Shown: in pieces, positions 55,858-64,000 of the stretch
Layout: each line of letters begins with the position of its first letter
Position numbering within the stretch: position 1 is the first letter of the stretch
Source: Pirellulales bacterium
GTDB lineage: Bacteria > Planctomycetota > Planctomycetia > Pirellulales > PALSA-1355
Reading direction: 5' to 3'
Assembly: GCA_963733035.1 (NCBI GenBank)
Contig: CAVTBU010000010.1
Location: forward strand, 7,098 to 71,097
DNA: 64,000 nt
Notes under the pieces: model-generated
The model's database searches: none
What the model saw: the letters and a program-made list of their open reading frames with translations, nothing else
What the model was told of the DNA's origin: nothing
Made by a program: the position numbers and the translations under genes

Positions 55858-56904
55858 GTGAACCGACGCCATTTTACCGCTACCTTTCTGGCCGCCCTCG
55901 GCAGCCTTTGGCACGTGCGCAACGTGGGAGCGCAAGACGTGGAACTCGACCAATCGTCCACTGGCCGCTTCAATGCCGTGGCGCCCACGCTGGGTGGCAA
56001 ACAGTTTTGGGCTGACGAATTGTTCTTTCACGACTGGCACATCCAACGGAATGTCTTTTCGGGCCACTGTCGCCTGCTCGACGGTTACAATCTGCGTCAT
56101 GCCTGGGGCACGTTCGACGAGTGCCGCAACAAGTTGGAGGCGATCAGGCTTGAGCGCCACTTGGAACCGATGCGCGGCCGGGCGGTAGTCGTTTTGCACG
56201 GTTTGTTTCGCACGCCCTCGTCGATGAATCGCCTCTGCCGCTACTTGCACGAAGAAGGCGGTTACTCGGTGTTCAACGTGAGCTATCCGACGACCCAGGG
56301 CAGCATGGCTGATCATGCCCGCTCGCTCGATCGAATTGTGGAGAACCTGGACGGAATCGAGGAAATTAACTTCGTGGGGCACAGCCTGGGCAATCTCGTG
56401 GTGCGGCACTACCTGGGCGATCACACGCAGCCGGAGGCGGGCATATCGCCCGATCCGCGCATTAAGCGGATCGTGATGTTGGGTCCACCCAATCAAGGCG
56501 CCGAGATTGCCGACGCGCTCTCCGGCGTGGGCTTGTTCCACAAGGTGACGGGGACGGTGGGGAGCGAGCTATCGAGCAAATGGCAACAACTGGAACCAAA
56601 GCTGGCGATTCCGGCCTGCGAGTTCGGCATTCTGGCCGGCGGCCGCAATGAGAAGAAGGGCTTTAACCCTTGGCTCACGGGAGATAACGATCTGGTGGTG
56701 AACGTCGAGACGACCCGATTGCCGGGAGCGACCGATTTCGCCGTGCTGCCGGTGTTGCATTCGTTCATGATGAACGATCGCACGGTGCTCGAGTACACGC
56801 TCCGGTTTCTCGAGTTCGGCTACTTCGTGTCGGCCCAGGCCCGCCGGCCCATTCCGCGCGAGGCCGAATCGCAACTGGTGCGCGAGCCCCACGGCACGCA
56901 TTGA
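55858..56904 (+). CDS. alpha/beta-hydrolase (lipase/esterase-like), secreted
   Basis: GTG at 55858 gives VNRRHFTATFLAALGSLWHV (Tat-like RR leader) and avoids overlap with manC. VVVLHGLF...FVGHSLGNLVVRHYL contains the GxSxG nucleophile elbow. Confidence 0.7.
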   Translation: MNRRHFTATFLAALGSLWHVRNVGAQDVELDQSSTGRFNAVAPTLGGKQFWADELFFHDWHIQRNVFSGHCRLLDGYNLRHAWGTFDECRNKLEAIRLERHLEPMRGRAVVVLHGLFRTPSSMNRLCRYLHEEGGYSVFNVSYPTTQGSMADHARSLDRIVENLDGIEEINFVGHSLGNLVVRHYLGDHTQPEAGISPDPRIKRIVMLGPPNQGAEIADALSGVGLFHKVTGTVGSELSSKWQQLEPKLAIPACEFGILAGGRNEKKGFNPWLTGDNDLVVNVETTRLPGATDFAVLPVLHSFMMNDRTVLEYTLRFLEFGYFVSAQARRPIPREAESQLVREPHGTH

Positions 56905-56907
56905 TCC

Positions 56908-57388
56908 ATGGGCACCTCGTCGCAACCTTCGCCGGGACGAATCGCGGGCATCGACTACGGCACGGTTCGCGTGGGCATTGCCATCTCGGATCCGGATCAG
57001 ACGCTTGCCAGCCCGCTGGAAACCTACCAGCGGCGCAACGACGCACTCGACCGTGAGCGGTTTCGCCGGCTCGTGAGCGAAGAACGGATCGTGCGGTTTG
57101 TGGTGGGCTTGCCGGTGCATCTTGACGGCCGAGAAAGCCAGAAATCGGCCGAGGCCCGGCAGTTTGGCAAATGGTTGCAAGAGACCACCGGAGTTGAAGT
57201 AGAGTATTTCGATGAGCGTTTCACGACGCACGAGGCCGAAGTGTATTTGGCCGGCGCAGCTCAGCAAAAAGAAACGCAAGGCGCGACTCGACAAGCTGGC
57301 GGCCCAGATCCTGCTCACGGGCTATCTGGAACGTCAACGCAGCGGGATGGAGCACCGCGACGATTCGTTGCAAGGGCTAGACGACTAA
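56908..57388 (+). pseudogene. ruvX: Holliday-junction resolvase-like nuclease RuvX (YqgF), interrupted by one apparent frameshift near 57248-57262
   Basis: GIDYGTVRVGIAISD...VVGLPVHLDGRESQKS...YFDERFTTHEAE lies in frame 1. The expected C-terminus AQLSKKKRKARLDKLAAQILLTGYLERQ... is in frame 2 and ends at the TAA at 57386-57388. ORF-track frame 1 instead runs on into an Arg/Ala-rich tail to 57417. Confidence 0.8.
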
Positions 57389-57430
57389 GCGCGCTGGCGC
57401 GGACCAAGTCGAATTGACGGCGACCGAGTC

Positions 57431-58321
57431 ATGACGAAACTGATTTTTGGTTGCGGATACCTGGGTTCGCGAGTGTCAGCGCTCTGGAAAGCGCAAGGTC
57501 ATGACGTGTTTGTCGTCACGCGCAGCGGCGAGCGAGCGCGACAGTTCGCGGCCGACGGTTACCGGCCGGTCGTGGCCGACGTGTTGCGTCCCGAATCGCT
57601 GGCCGGCTTGCCGTGCGCCGAAACGGTGCTGTTTGCCGTGGGATACGACCGCAGTTCCGGCGCCTCGATCTACGACGTGTATGTGGCGGGCCTGCGCGAT
57701 GTGTTGGCTTCCCTGGGCGACCACGTGCGGCGGTTTATCTACATCAGTTCGACCGGGGTGTATGGACAGGCAAATGGCGAGACGGTGGACGAAACGTCTC
57801 CGACGCGGCCGCGCCGCGATGGTGGCCGTGCGAGCCTGGCGGCCGAACAAACTCTGGCCCGCGATCTGCTGGGCGAACGGGCCGTCGTGCTGCGGTTGGC
57901 GGGCATCTATGGTCCGGGGCGGATTCCGCTGGCGGCCAAGATTCGCGCCGGCGAGCCGATACCGGCTCCGGCTGCCGGGTCGCTCAATCTGATTCACGTG
58001 GCCGATGCGGCGCGCGTCGTGCTGGCGGCGGAGGAGATCGCCGATCCCCCGCGCACGTATAACGTCTCGGACGGCCATCCCGCGGTCCGGCGCGAGTACT
58101 ACAAAGAGTTGGCACGTTTGCTCGATGCGCCACCGCCGACGTTCGAGGAGCCGGCAGCCGACTCACCCGTAGCAGCTCGCGCCGGGGTTGACAAACGCGT
58201 GGACAATCGGCGGATGATCGCCGAGCTGGGCGTGCAGCTCGAGTACCCCACCTACCGCGATGGCCTGGCAGCGATCGTGGCGGAGGAAGCCAAGGGAGCC
58301 GAGAGAACGCGAAGTGAATGA
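57431..58321 (+). CDS. NAD(P)-dependent oxidoreductase, extended SDR/epimerase-like
   Basis: MTKLIFGCGYLGSRV (Rossmann GxGxxG), ISSTGVYG, and a Y-x3-K-like region. 296 aa. Confidence 0.75.
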   Translation: MTKLIFGCGYLGSRVSALWKAQGHDVFVVTRSGERARQFAADGYRPVVADVLRPESLAGLPCAETVLFAVGYDRSSGASIYDVYVAGLRDVLASLGDHVRRFIYISSTGVYGQANGETVDETSPTRPRRDGGRASLAAEQTLARDLLGERAVVLRLAGIYGPGRIPLAAKIRAGEPIPAPAAGSLNLIHVADAARVVLAAEEIADPPRTYNVSDGHPAVRREYYKELARLLDAPPPTFEEPAADSPVAARAGVDKRVDNRRMIAELGVQLEYPTYRDGLAAIVAEEAKGAERTRSE

Positions 58322-58349
58322 GTCCGAGCTGACCGGTGGCGGCGAGCCG

Positions 58350-58562
58350 ATGCGCCCCAAACGAGCTGGTGGTTTTGGTCGCTTGACGCTACTGGTGTTT
58401 CCGATGGCAGGCCTTGCCGCGTTCGGCGGTGCGTGCGCGGCAATTGGCGAAATCCGCGGAAAACGCCAGGTCGCCCTCCCCAGCTATGGATTTCTGGGTT
58501 TGGGGTTTATCACCATCGTGGCAGGCCTTTGGTTGTTGTCGGTGTTTTTTGGCAAGCGATGA
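58350..58562 (+). CDS. small two-helix membrane protein (hypothetical)
   Basis: MRPKRAGGFGRLTLLVFPMAGLAAFGGACAAIG...GFLGLGFITIVAGLWLLSVFFGKR. The start is uncertain: in-frame GTG at 58314 or ATG at 58350. Confidence 0.4.
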   Translation: MRPKRAGGFGRLTLLVFPMAGLAAFGGACAAIGEIRGKRQVALPSYGFLGLGFITIVAGLWLLSVFFGKR

Positions 58563-58816
58563 TCGACGGGCCGGCAAGGCCGTCCAGGGGACGACTCGCT
58601 GCCGGGGCCCTTTACCGCTCGGTGCCACCTCTTATCCCGCTCCTTGCCGAGTTGGGCGGGGGTCTTTAGAATTCGAGGCTCTGAAAGAGTTCCATTCGAT
58701 CCGCCGATTCTTGCGAGAATTGCCCCCAGAGCAGCGACCCCTGCGTTAGCTCCGCCAAACGGTACACCGGACTTGCCCGGACCGGCGTGGCGCCCAGGCA
58801 GGAAGGATTTTACGCC

Positions 58817-59599
58817 ATGCTTCAACGGAAGCCCGTCTTCCCGAACGTCATCGAAATGAACTACCAGGCCGGAGAGCGGCTGGGTTGCAACGTCTATTTG
58901 ATCTACGACGGCGCTGAATGGGTCATGATCGACGTCGGGTATGACGAAACGGTCGACGAAATCGTCGAGCTGATTCGCCAGCTCGACTTCCCGCTGTCGC
59001 ACTGCAAGATGCTGATTGCCACGCATGCCGACGTGGATCACATCCAGGGATTGGCCAAGATCAATCAGTTGCTTAAAACGAAGATCGTCGGCCACAAGTT
59101 GGCCGCCGAACCGTTGGCCACTGGCGATCGCATCAAGACGTTTGCCGAGATCGATGCCCAGAACATTCACCTGGAAATGCCGCCGGTAAAGCTCGACGAG
59201 TTGATCGGCGAAGGGGACAAGATCCAGGTTGGCAAGCTGGAGTTGGAAGTCTGGCACACGCCGGGACATACCGACAGCCAGCTTTCGTTTCGCATGGGCA
59301 ACTTGCTGTTCAGCGGCGACAACATCTATCGCGACGGCTGCGTGGGCGCAATCGATGCCCATCACGGCAGCGACATTCAGGCATTTCTCAAATCGCTCCG
59401 TCGCATTCGCGAGAGCGACGTGGAGTGGCTGCTGCCGAGCCACGGCCCGATCTTCCGCAAGAACAACACGCTCATCGACAAGGCGATCGCCCGGCTGGAA
59501 GGTTACTTGCACATGGCCGACTTCGGCACCTGCGCCATCGACTGGCCCCTGATGGACGAATGGGACAAGGAACTGGAAGCCGGCAAGATGCCCCAATAA
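58817..59599 (+). CDS. MBL-fold metallo-hydrolase
   Basis: GGAAGGA lies 9 nt before the [20 protein letters not shown], metal motif [11 protein letters not shown], and TPGHT. Confidence 0.8.
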   Translation: MLQRKPVFPNVIEMNYQAGERLGCNVYLIYDGAEWVMIDVGYDETVDEIVELIRQLDFPLSHCKMLIATHADVDHIQGLAKINQLLKTKIVGHKLAAEPLATGDRIKTFAEIDAQNIHLEMPPVKLDELIGEGDKIQVGKLELEVWHTPGHTDSQLSFRMGNLLFSGDNIYRDGCVGAIDAHHGSDIQAFLKSLRRIRESDVEWLLPSHGPIFRKNNTLIDKAIARLEGYLHMADFGTCAIDWPLMDEWDKELEAGKMPQ

Positions 59600-59784
59600 C
59601 GGCTGCTAGCACGAGTCGACACAGCCGGCCGTCTGCGAAACCCTGCGGGTTCTAGCGGATATTCCCTCAATGCCGCTTGTGACGCGTGCCGATGGATGTT
59701 GGTAGACCCAAGCTGCCGGACGATCGCGGTCCCGTAAATCACGCGACGCCGGTGTGATCGACATTTCTCAGGGGGGAATCTGCG

Positions 59785-60126
59785 ATGGTCCGCCGAATGC
59801 TTCTTGCGCTTTGCTGCGCGGCGGGTTTGAGCGTGCTGGTCTCCGCCGAGGCCCAGGCCCAGCAGCCCATGACCGGGCAGCAGGCTTTTGGCCGGCAATG
59901 GGGAGGCAGCTACAGCACCCAAGACTGGAACCGCTTGTACCACTACCCGTACGTCTACTACCCGCAAAATTTCTGGTCGAGCGAGTACTACCAGAGTTCG
60001 AACGATCTGTACTTCCGCTATCCGCCCGAAATGCGGATTCCGGTCTACAACAAGCAGTGGATGAACATGTATCCCGAAGGTCGGCTGTATCACTCGGGCC
60101 ACCACTTCATACTCGATACGTTTTGA
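59785..60126 (+). CDS. small secreted Tyr/Trp-rich hypothetical protein
   Basis: Signal peptide MVRRMLLALCCAAGLSVLVSAEAQA, then YHYPYVYYPQNFWSSEYYQSSNDLYFRYPPE. GGGGGAA lies upstream of the ATG. Confidence 0.55.
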   Translation: MVRRMLLALCCAAGLSVLVSAEAQAQQPMTGQQAFGRQWGGSYSTQDWNRLYHYPYVYYPQNFWSSEYYQSSNDLYFRYPPEMRIPVYNKQWMNMYPEGRLYHSGHHFILDTF

Positions 60127-60308
60127 ATTGGCTGAGAATTCTCAGCTTGCGGTGGAACGACAGTCGGGAGGTTGGCCCGAGCGGATGTGACGCCCTTGTC
60201 GCGATGAAAGCGAACGGAAGCTGGCTTGCGGCAAGCATCCACGAGGGTCGTCGCTTTGCGGCGCCGTAACCGAACTTGCCTGACGTGAAACGGGGTCGGA
60301 CCGCCGGA

Positions 60309-60341
60309 AAGGGGTCTGGAGTCTTGAACTCCCGACCCCTT
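60309..60341. terminator. bidirectional terminator-like hairpin
   Basis: AAGGGGTCTGGAG-TCTTGAA-CTCCCGACCCCTT (13-bp stem, one mismatch) followed by ATTATT. It lies between the convergent stops at 60126 and 60351. Confidence 0.5.
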
Positions 60342-60350
60342 TATTATTGA

Positions 60351-61544
60351 TCAGGCGAGACCGCGGGCGGCGAAGCGATACAGTGCCTCGCTGGCGGCCT
60401 CGAGGCCGTCGAGCGCGAGCCACTCGTCGGCCGTGTGGGCCTGGGCGATCGAACCCGGCCCAAACACGATGGACGGGACTCCGGCTGCGGAAATGGCCGC
60501 GGCATCGGTGCCGTAGGGGACGCCGATTTTTTCGCTTTCCAGCCCCATCGACCTCGCCGCCCCTTGCATCGCGTTGGCAAGTTCGCCATTCGTTTCGTCG
60601 GGCAGCCCGACGCCGATCAAGAATGGTGGATCGTGCTGAATCCGCACCTCGCTGCCGACTTCGCGCGAAAGGTAATCGATCACGTGCATGTACGCTGCTT
60701 GGGGTTCTTCGTGCGGCAGCAATCGGCGGTCGATTTCGATCGTGCAGCGGTCCGGCACGGTATTGACGCTCAAACCACCGGTGATCGTGCCCACGCTCAA
60801 GGTGGGCCGCCCGCAGAGCGGATGCTCACCTAGCGTTGGCGCCACGTCGCGCTGATAGCGCTGGAGCGCCGCCAGCACTGGCCCCATGCGAAAGATTGCG
60901 TTCTCGCACAAGTGGGGCTGCGAGCTGTGCCCCGCACGTCCCAGGGCATGGCATCGCCAACGCACCACGCCCTTGTGCGCGACCACGACCTGCAGTTCGG
61001 TCGGTTCGGCGATCACGGCGGCGTCTGGCTGCCGGGGCACGATTGCATCGGGCTCGGACCAGAGCTTGGTGAGTGCCGTGGCGCCCGAGTAGCCATGTTC
61101 TTCGTTTACGGTGCAGGCCATGACGATGGTCGGCATGCCTTTGGGGCGATCGGTGGCCAGCCGGGCCAGGGCGCCAAGCATGGCGGTCATGCCTCCTTTG
61201 ATGTCGCAGGCGCCGCGGCCATAGAGGCGGCCTTCTTTCACGACCGGTGTCCACGGCTCGATCGTCATGCCGTCGACCGGAACGGTGTCTTGGTGGGCCT
61301 CGAACATGATCAGCGGGCCACCGGCCGTGTGCGAAACGGCCCCGTCGAGCCGAGCGATGATGTTGTCGCGTTTCGGTTCGACCGGCTGACGCTGGTAGGG
61401 GAGTTTCAGCGAGCGGAACAGCGATTCGAGGTAGTCAGTTACGCGGTATTCAAAGTACTCGGGCCCAGCCACGGGCTTGCCCATGGGGTTCACGCTTGGC
61501 AGTGCGACCAGTTCGCTGAGCGTCCGGTTTAGATTCAGGGTCAT
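60351..61544 (-). CDS. M20-family metallopeptidase (ArgE/DapE-type deacylase)
   Basis: 397 aa. LVALPSVNP, HQDTVPV, GRGACDIKGG, VNEEHG and the C-terminal HTADEW block. Confidence 0.85.
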   Translation of the reverse strand: MTLNLNRTLSELVALPSVNPMGKPVAGPEYFEYRVTDYLESLFRSLKLPYQRQPVEPKRDNIIARLDGAVSHTAGGPLIMFEAHQDTVPVDGMTIEPWTPVVKEGRLYGRGACDIKGGMTAMLGALARLATDRPKGMPTIVMACTVNEEHGYSGATALTKLWSEPDAIVPRQPDAAVIAEPTELQVVVAHKGVVRWRCHALGRAGHSSQPHLCENAIFRMGPVLAALQRYQRDVAPTLGEHPLCGRPTLSVGTITGGLSVNTVPDRCTIEIDRRLLPHEEPQAAYMHVIDYLSREVGSEVRIQHDPPFLIGVGLPDETNGELANAMQGAARSMGLESEKIGVPYGTDAAAISAAGVPSIVFGPGSIAQAHTADEWLALDGLEAASEALYRFAARGLA

Positions 61545-61879
61545 GACTATCTCGGCGGTTCTCGGCTGGGGTATTGGTGGCGGGCCAGTCCGCGGTGGTC
61601 ATCATAGCGGTTGATTGGCGCCAGTTCTCCCCGCATAGCGAACACACCGCCGGCGGCGGCGGGGCAACATCGGCTTTGATGCTCGTGGCCAACAAGCGAG
61701 AGCATTACCCCGGACGAGCAGGTGCCGGCGGCGATGAGCGGTTTTAGGGCTGCCACACGTCCGCTTGACCGTCTGGTAGGGGCTCGATAGGATCTTTTTT
61801 GCGTCGCGAGCCCAAGCGTGGCCTGAATTTAGGGCGTTTTTAGGCGAGAAGACCCCCAGGCGGGTCTTTTCCTTGGGCT

Positions 61880-61905
61880 CACTTTGTGACAAGATTCACA
61901 AAGTG
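61880..61905. promoter_or_regulatory. perfect palindrome CACTTTGTGA-N6-TCACAAAGTG containing the CRP/FNR-type core TGTGA-N6-TCACA, upstream of nuoA
   Basis: 10-bp perfect arms with a 6-bp spacer. The centre (61892/61893) is 84 bp upstream of the nuoA ATG and 25-30 bp upstream of an A/T-rich -10-like TAAATTAT (61918-61925). Confidence 0.5.
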
Positions 61906-61976
61906 CCCTGAATGCCGTAAATTATCGCCATCGTTTACCTGACCCTCAACTCGCACTCCCGCCAAAAGCGCACGCC

Positions 61977-62375
61977 ATGGAACTGGCCGTCCTGCCGATT
62001 TTCCTGTTTGGCGCCGCCGCCATCGGTTTGGCGATCGGGCTGTTGGCAGTCAGTTCGCTGATCGGCCCGCACAAGAACGGGCGCGTGAAGGAAATGCCGT
62101 ATGAGAGCGGCATGGATCCGATTCACGACACGCATCGGCGGTTTGATGTGCGGTTTTACCTGGTCGCGATCGCGTTCTTGGTGTTCGACGTCGAATTGTT
62201 GTTCCTCTATCCCTGGGCCGTCGCGAGCCGCAATCCCCAGGGCATTGATCATGCCGTCGAAGCCGGCTGGGTGGCGAGCCGGGGGTTGGTGTTTGGCGAG
62301 GTGCTGGTGTTTCTGGCGCTGTTGGCGGCTGGCTTCGTCTATGCCTGGCGGAAAGGGGTGTTCCGATGGCGATAG
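61977..62375 (+). CDS. nuoA: NADH-quinone oxidoreductase subunit A
   Basis: 132 aa. YESGMDP...RFDVRFYLVAIAFLVFDVELLFLYPWAV. Confidence 0.9.
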   Translation: MELAVLPIFLFGAAAIGLAIGLLAVSSLIGPHKNGRVKEMPYESGMDPIHDTHRRFDVRFYLVAIAFLVFDVELLFLYPWAVASRNPQGIDHAVEAGWVASRGLVFGEVLVFLALLAAGFVYAWRKGVFRWR

Positions 62376-62947
62376 AAGTACCCGAGAACGTGGTGGTCAG
62401 CCGGCTGGATGAATTGGCCAGTTGGTGCCGCAAGAACAGTCTGTGGCCGATGCCGTTCGCCACGGCGTGCTGTGGCATCGAGTTGATGGCCACTGGCGCA
62501 AGCAAGCACGACTTGGCCCGTTTTGGTGCCGAGGTGATGCGGTTCAGCCCGCGGCAGTGCGACTTGATGATCGTGGCGGGCCGGGTGGTGATGAAGATGC
62601 TCCCGGTGTTGCAGCGAATTTGGCAGCAGATGCATGAACCGAAATGGTGCATTTCGATGGGCGCGTGTGCCTCGACGGGCGGCGTGTTTGACACGTATTG
62701 CGTCGTGCAAGGCATCGACCGCTTTATTCCGGTGGATATGTACGTGCCCGGTTGTCCGCCGCGGCCCGAGCAGCTGATTCAGTCGATTATCGATTTGCAA
62801 GAGAAGATTCAAACGGAAGGCACGATTGCCGGGCGGGAATTCGCCACCCGTAGTCGCCAGCAAACGAAGCGGGCGTTGGTTGAGCTTCCGGTTGTCACAC
62901 TCCCCCGCGGCGTAAGCCATTTGTCTCAAGGTGTCCGCGTCGAATAA
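62366..62947 (+). CDS. nuoB: NADH-quinone oxidoreductase subunit B
   Basis: LWPMPFATACCGIELMA, SPRQCDLMIVAG, W.ISMGACASTGG, VPGCPPRPE. Overlaps nuoA by 10 nt. Confidence 0.92.
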   Translation: MAIEVPENVVVSRLDELASWCRKNSLWPMPFATACCGIELMATGASKHDLARFGAEVMRFSPRQCDLMIVAGRVVMKMLPVLQRIWQQMHEPKWCISMGACASTGGVFDTYCVVQGIDRFIPVDMYVPGCPPRPEQLIQSIIDLQEKIQTEGTIAGREFATRSRQQTKRALVELPVVTLPRGVSHLSQGVRVE

Positions 62948-62995
62948 GGCGCAGAGGAAGCGGCCTGGCCGAGTTCAGGCGTCGAAAAGTTGCAA

Positions 62996-63493
62996 ATGAT
63001 TGCCCCCGAAACGATCTCCGCCGTCTCCAGCAAGTTTCCCGCCGTGCGGTGGAGCGAGTTTCGCGCGCAGCATCGGGCCGCCGTACCCCGTGAGTCGCTG
63101 GCCGAGGTATTCCAGTTCGTGCGCGCCGAGTTGGGATTCGATCTGTTGGTCGACGTCACTTGCGTCGACTATTTGAATTACCGTGGCGCCGAAGACCGTT
63201 TTGGGCTCGTGTATTTGCTGGCCAACACCAAAACCAACGAGCGTCTGACGCTGCGGGTGTTTCTGAATGAGCCGGACCTGACGGTGCCGTCGGCCTGCTC
63301 CGTTTGGCCGGGCGCCAACTGGTTCGAGCGAGAAGTGTACGACATGTTCGGCATCGAGTTCGAAGGCCACCCCGACTTGCGACGCATTTTGCTCCCCGAC
63401 GAATTCGCGGCGCACCCGTTGCGTAAAGACTACCCGCTACAAGGCCGCGGCGAGCGTCATAACTTCCCGGTGCTGCACCGGGACGAAAGCTAG
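62996..63493 (+). CDS. nuoC: NADH-quinone oxidoreductase subunit C
   Basis: DVTCVDYL...RFGLVYLL...W.GANWFEREVYDMFGIEFEGHPDLRRIL. ATG at 62996; the ORF-track TTG is at 62990. Confidence 0.88.
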   Translation: MIAPETISAVSSKFPAVRWSEFRAQHRAAVPRESLAEVFQFVRAELGFDLLVDVTCVDYLNYRGAEDRFGLVYLLANTKTNERLTLRVFLNEPDLTVPSACSVWPGANWFEREVYDMFGIEFEGHPDLRRILLPDEFAAHPLRKDYPLQGRGERHNFPVLHRDES

Positions 63494-63553
63494 CCCCAGG
63501 AAGGATGAAGTCAAAAGGATGAAGGATGAGTAAGACTTCATGCTTAGATACTC

Positions 63554-64000
63554 ATGTCCGTCGCTGAAACCAAAAAGAAGACGATTGCCGACCTGGCCGC
63601 TGCCGAGGCCCACGATTATCGTTGGACCTTGAACTTTGGCCCACAGCATCCGGCCACGCACACCACGTTGCGGCTGGTGCTGATGCTCGATGGCGAACGC
63701 GTGGTCGACGCGATTCCGGACATCGGTTACCTGCACTCGGGCTTTGAAAAGATCGGCGAGCACCTGGACTACAACCAGTACGTGACGGTCACCGACCGGA
63801 TGAACTACATCTCGCCGATGGCCAACAACATTGCCTGGCACAACTCGGTCGAGCGGTTGCTGGGTCTGGAACTGACGCCGCGCTGCAAGTACATCCGCAC
63901 GATTCTGGCCGAGCTGGCCCGCATTAGCGATCACCTGCTGTGCAACGGCGCGGTGGGGCTTGATGTGGGAGCCTTTACGTTCTTTTTGTACGGCTTCTAC
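63554..64000 (+). CDS. nuoD: NADH-quinone oxidoreductase subunit D, N-terminal part (3' end outside window)
   Basis: The ATG at 63554 opens a frame that runs to the window end. It reads MSVAETKKKTIADL...LNFGPQHPATHTTLRLVLMLDGERVVDAIPDIGYLHSGFEKIGEH...TDRMNYISPMANN. It is absent from the ORF track because it has no stop in the window. Confidence 0.9.
   Translation, partial: MSVAETKKKTIADLAAAEAHDYRWTLNFGPQHPATHTTLRLVLMLDGERVVDAIPDIGYLHSGFEKIGEHLDYNQYVTVTDRMNYISPMANNIAWHNSVERLLGLELTPRCKYIRTILAELARISDHLLCNGAVGLDVGAFTFFLYGFY

Overview
GC-rich chromosomal segment. Gene content suggests a Planctomycetota (Pirellulales-like) genome: a DUF1559-style prepilin N-terminus, two PEP-CTERM proteins, HEAT/TPR/PQQ-propeller envelope proteins and an FHA-type sigma-54 activator. 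This placement is an inference. The window is densely coded, about 48 protein genes, mostly housekeeping: nadB, secA, waaA, metK, ruvX and the start of the nuo operon (nuoA-D). It also encodes nucleotide-sugar enzymes, an S41 protease, an ABC/GldG-like/DUF4340 module, a fused 5-oxoprolinase and a RelE/ParE toxin-antitoxin locus. I found no rRNA, tRNA, CRISPR array, transposase, integrase or phage gene. Main observations: (1) ten apparent frameshifts split eight otherwise intact genes, including secA and ruvX. Every junction lies in G/C-dominated sequence containing CGCG or GCGG-type motifs, so this looks like consensus error rather than gene decay. (2) One PEP-CTERM gene is bracketed by a 17-bp perfect inverted repeat (about 30 bp imperfect), and a weaker version of the same arrangement flanks the second PEP-CTERM gene. 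(3) A perfect CRP/FNR-type palindrome (TGTGA-N6-TCACA inside 10-bp arms) lies upstream of nuoA. (4) A tight operon of uncharacterised enzymes (PaaK-like ligase, DUF1445 D-glutamate-cyclase family, class-V PLP enzyme, DUF971) lies next to an MFS transporter and a 5-oxoprolinase. (5) A three-gene, ATGA-coupled toxin-antitoxin-like locus is present. (6) One protein joins a prepilin-type N-terminus to a polytopic membrane domain. I could not identify a clear-cut novel multi-gene system. All function calls come from reading motifs in the translated ORFs, and no database search was possible.
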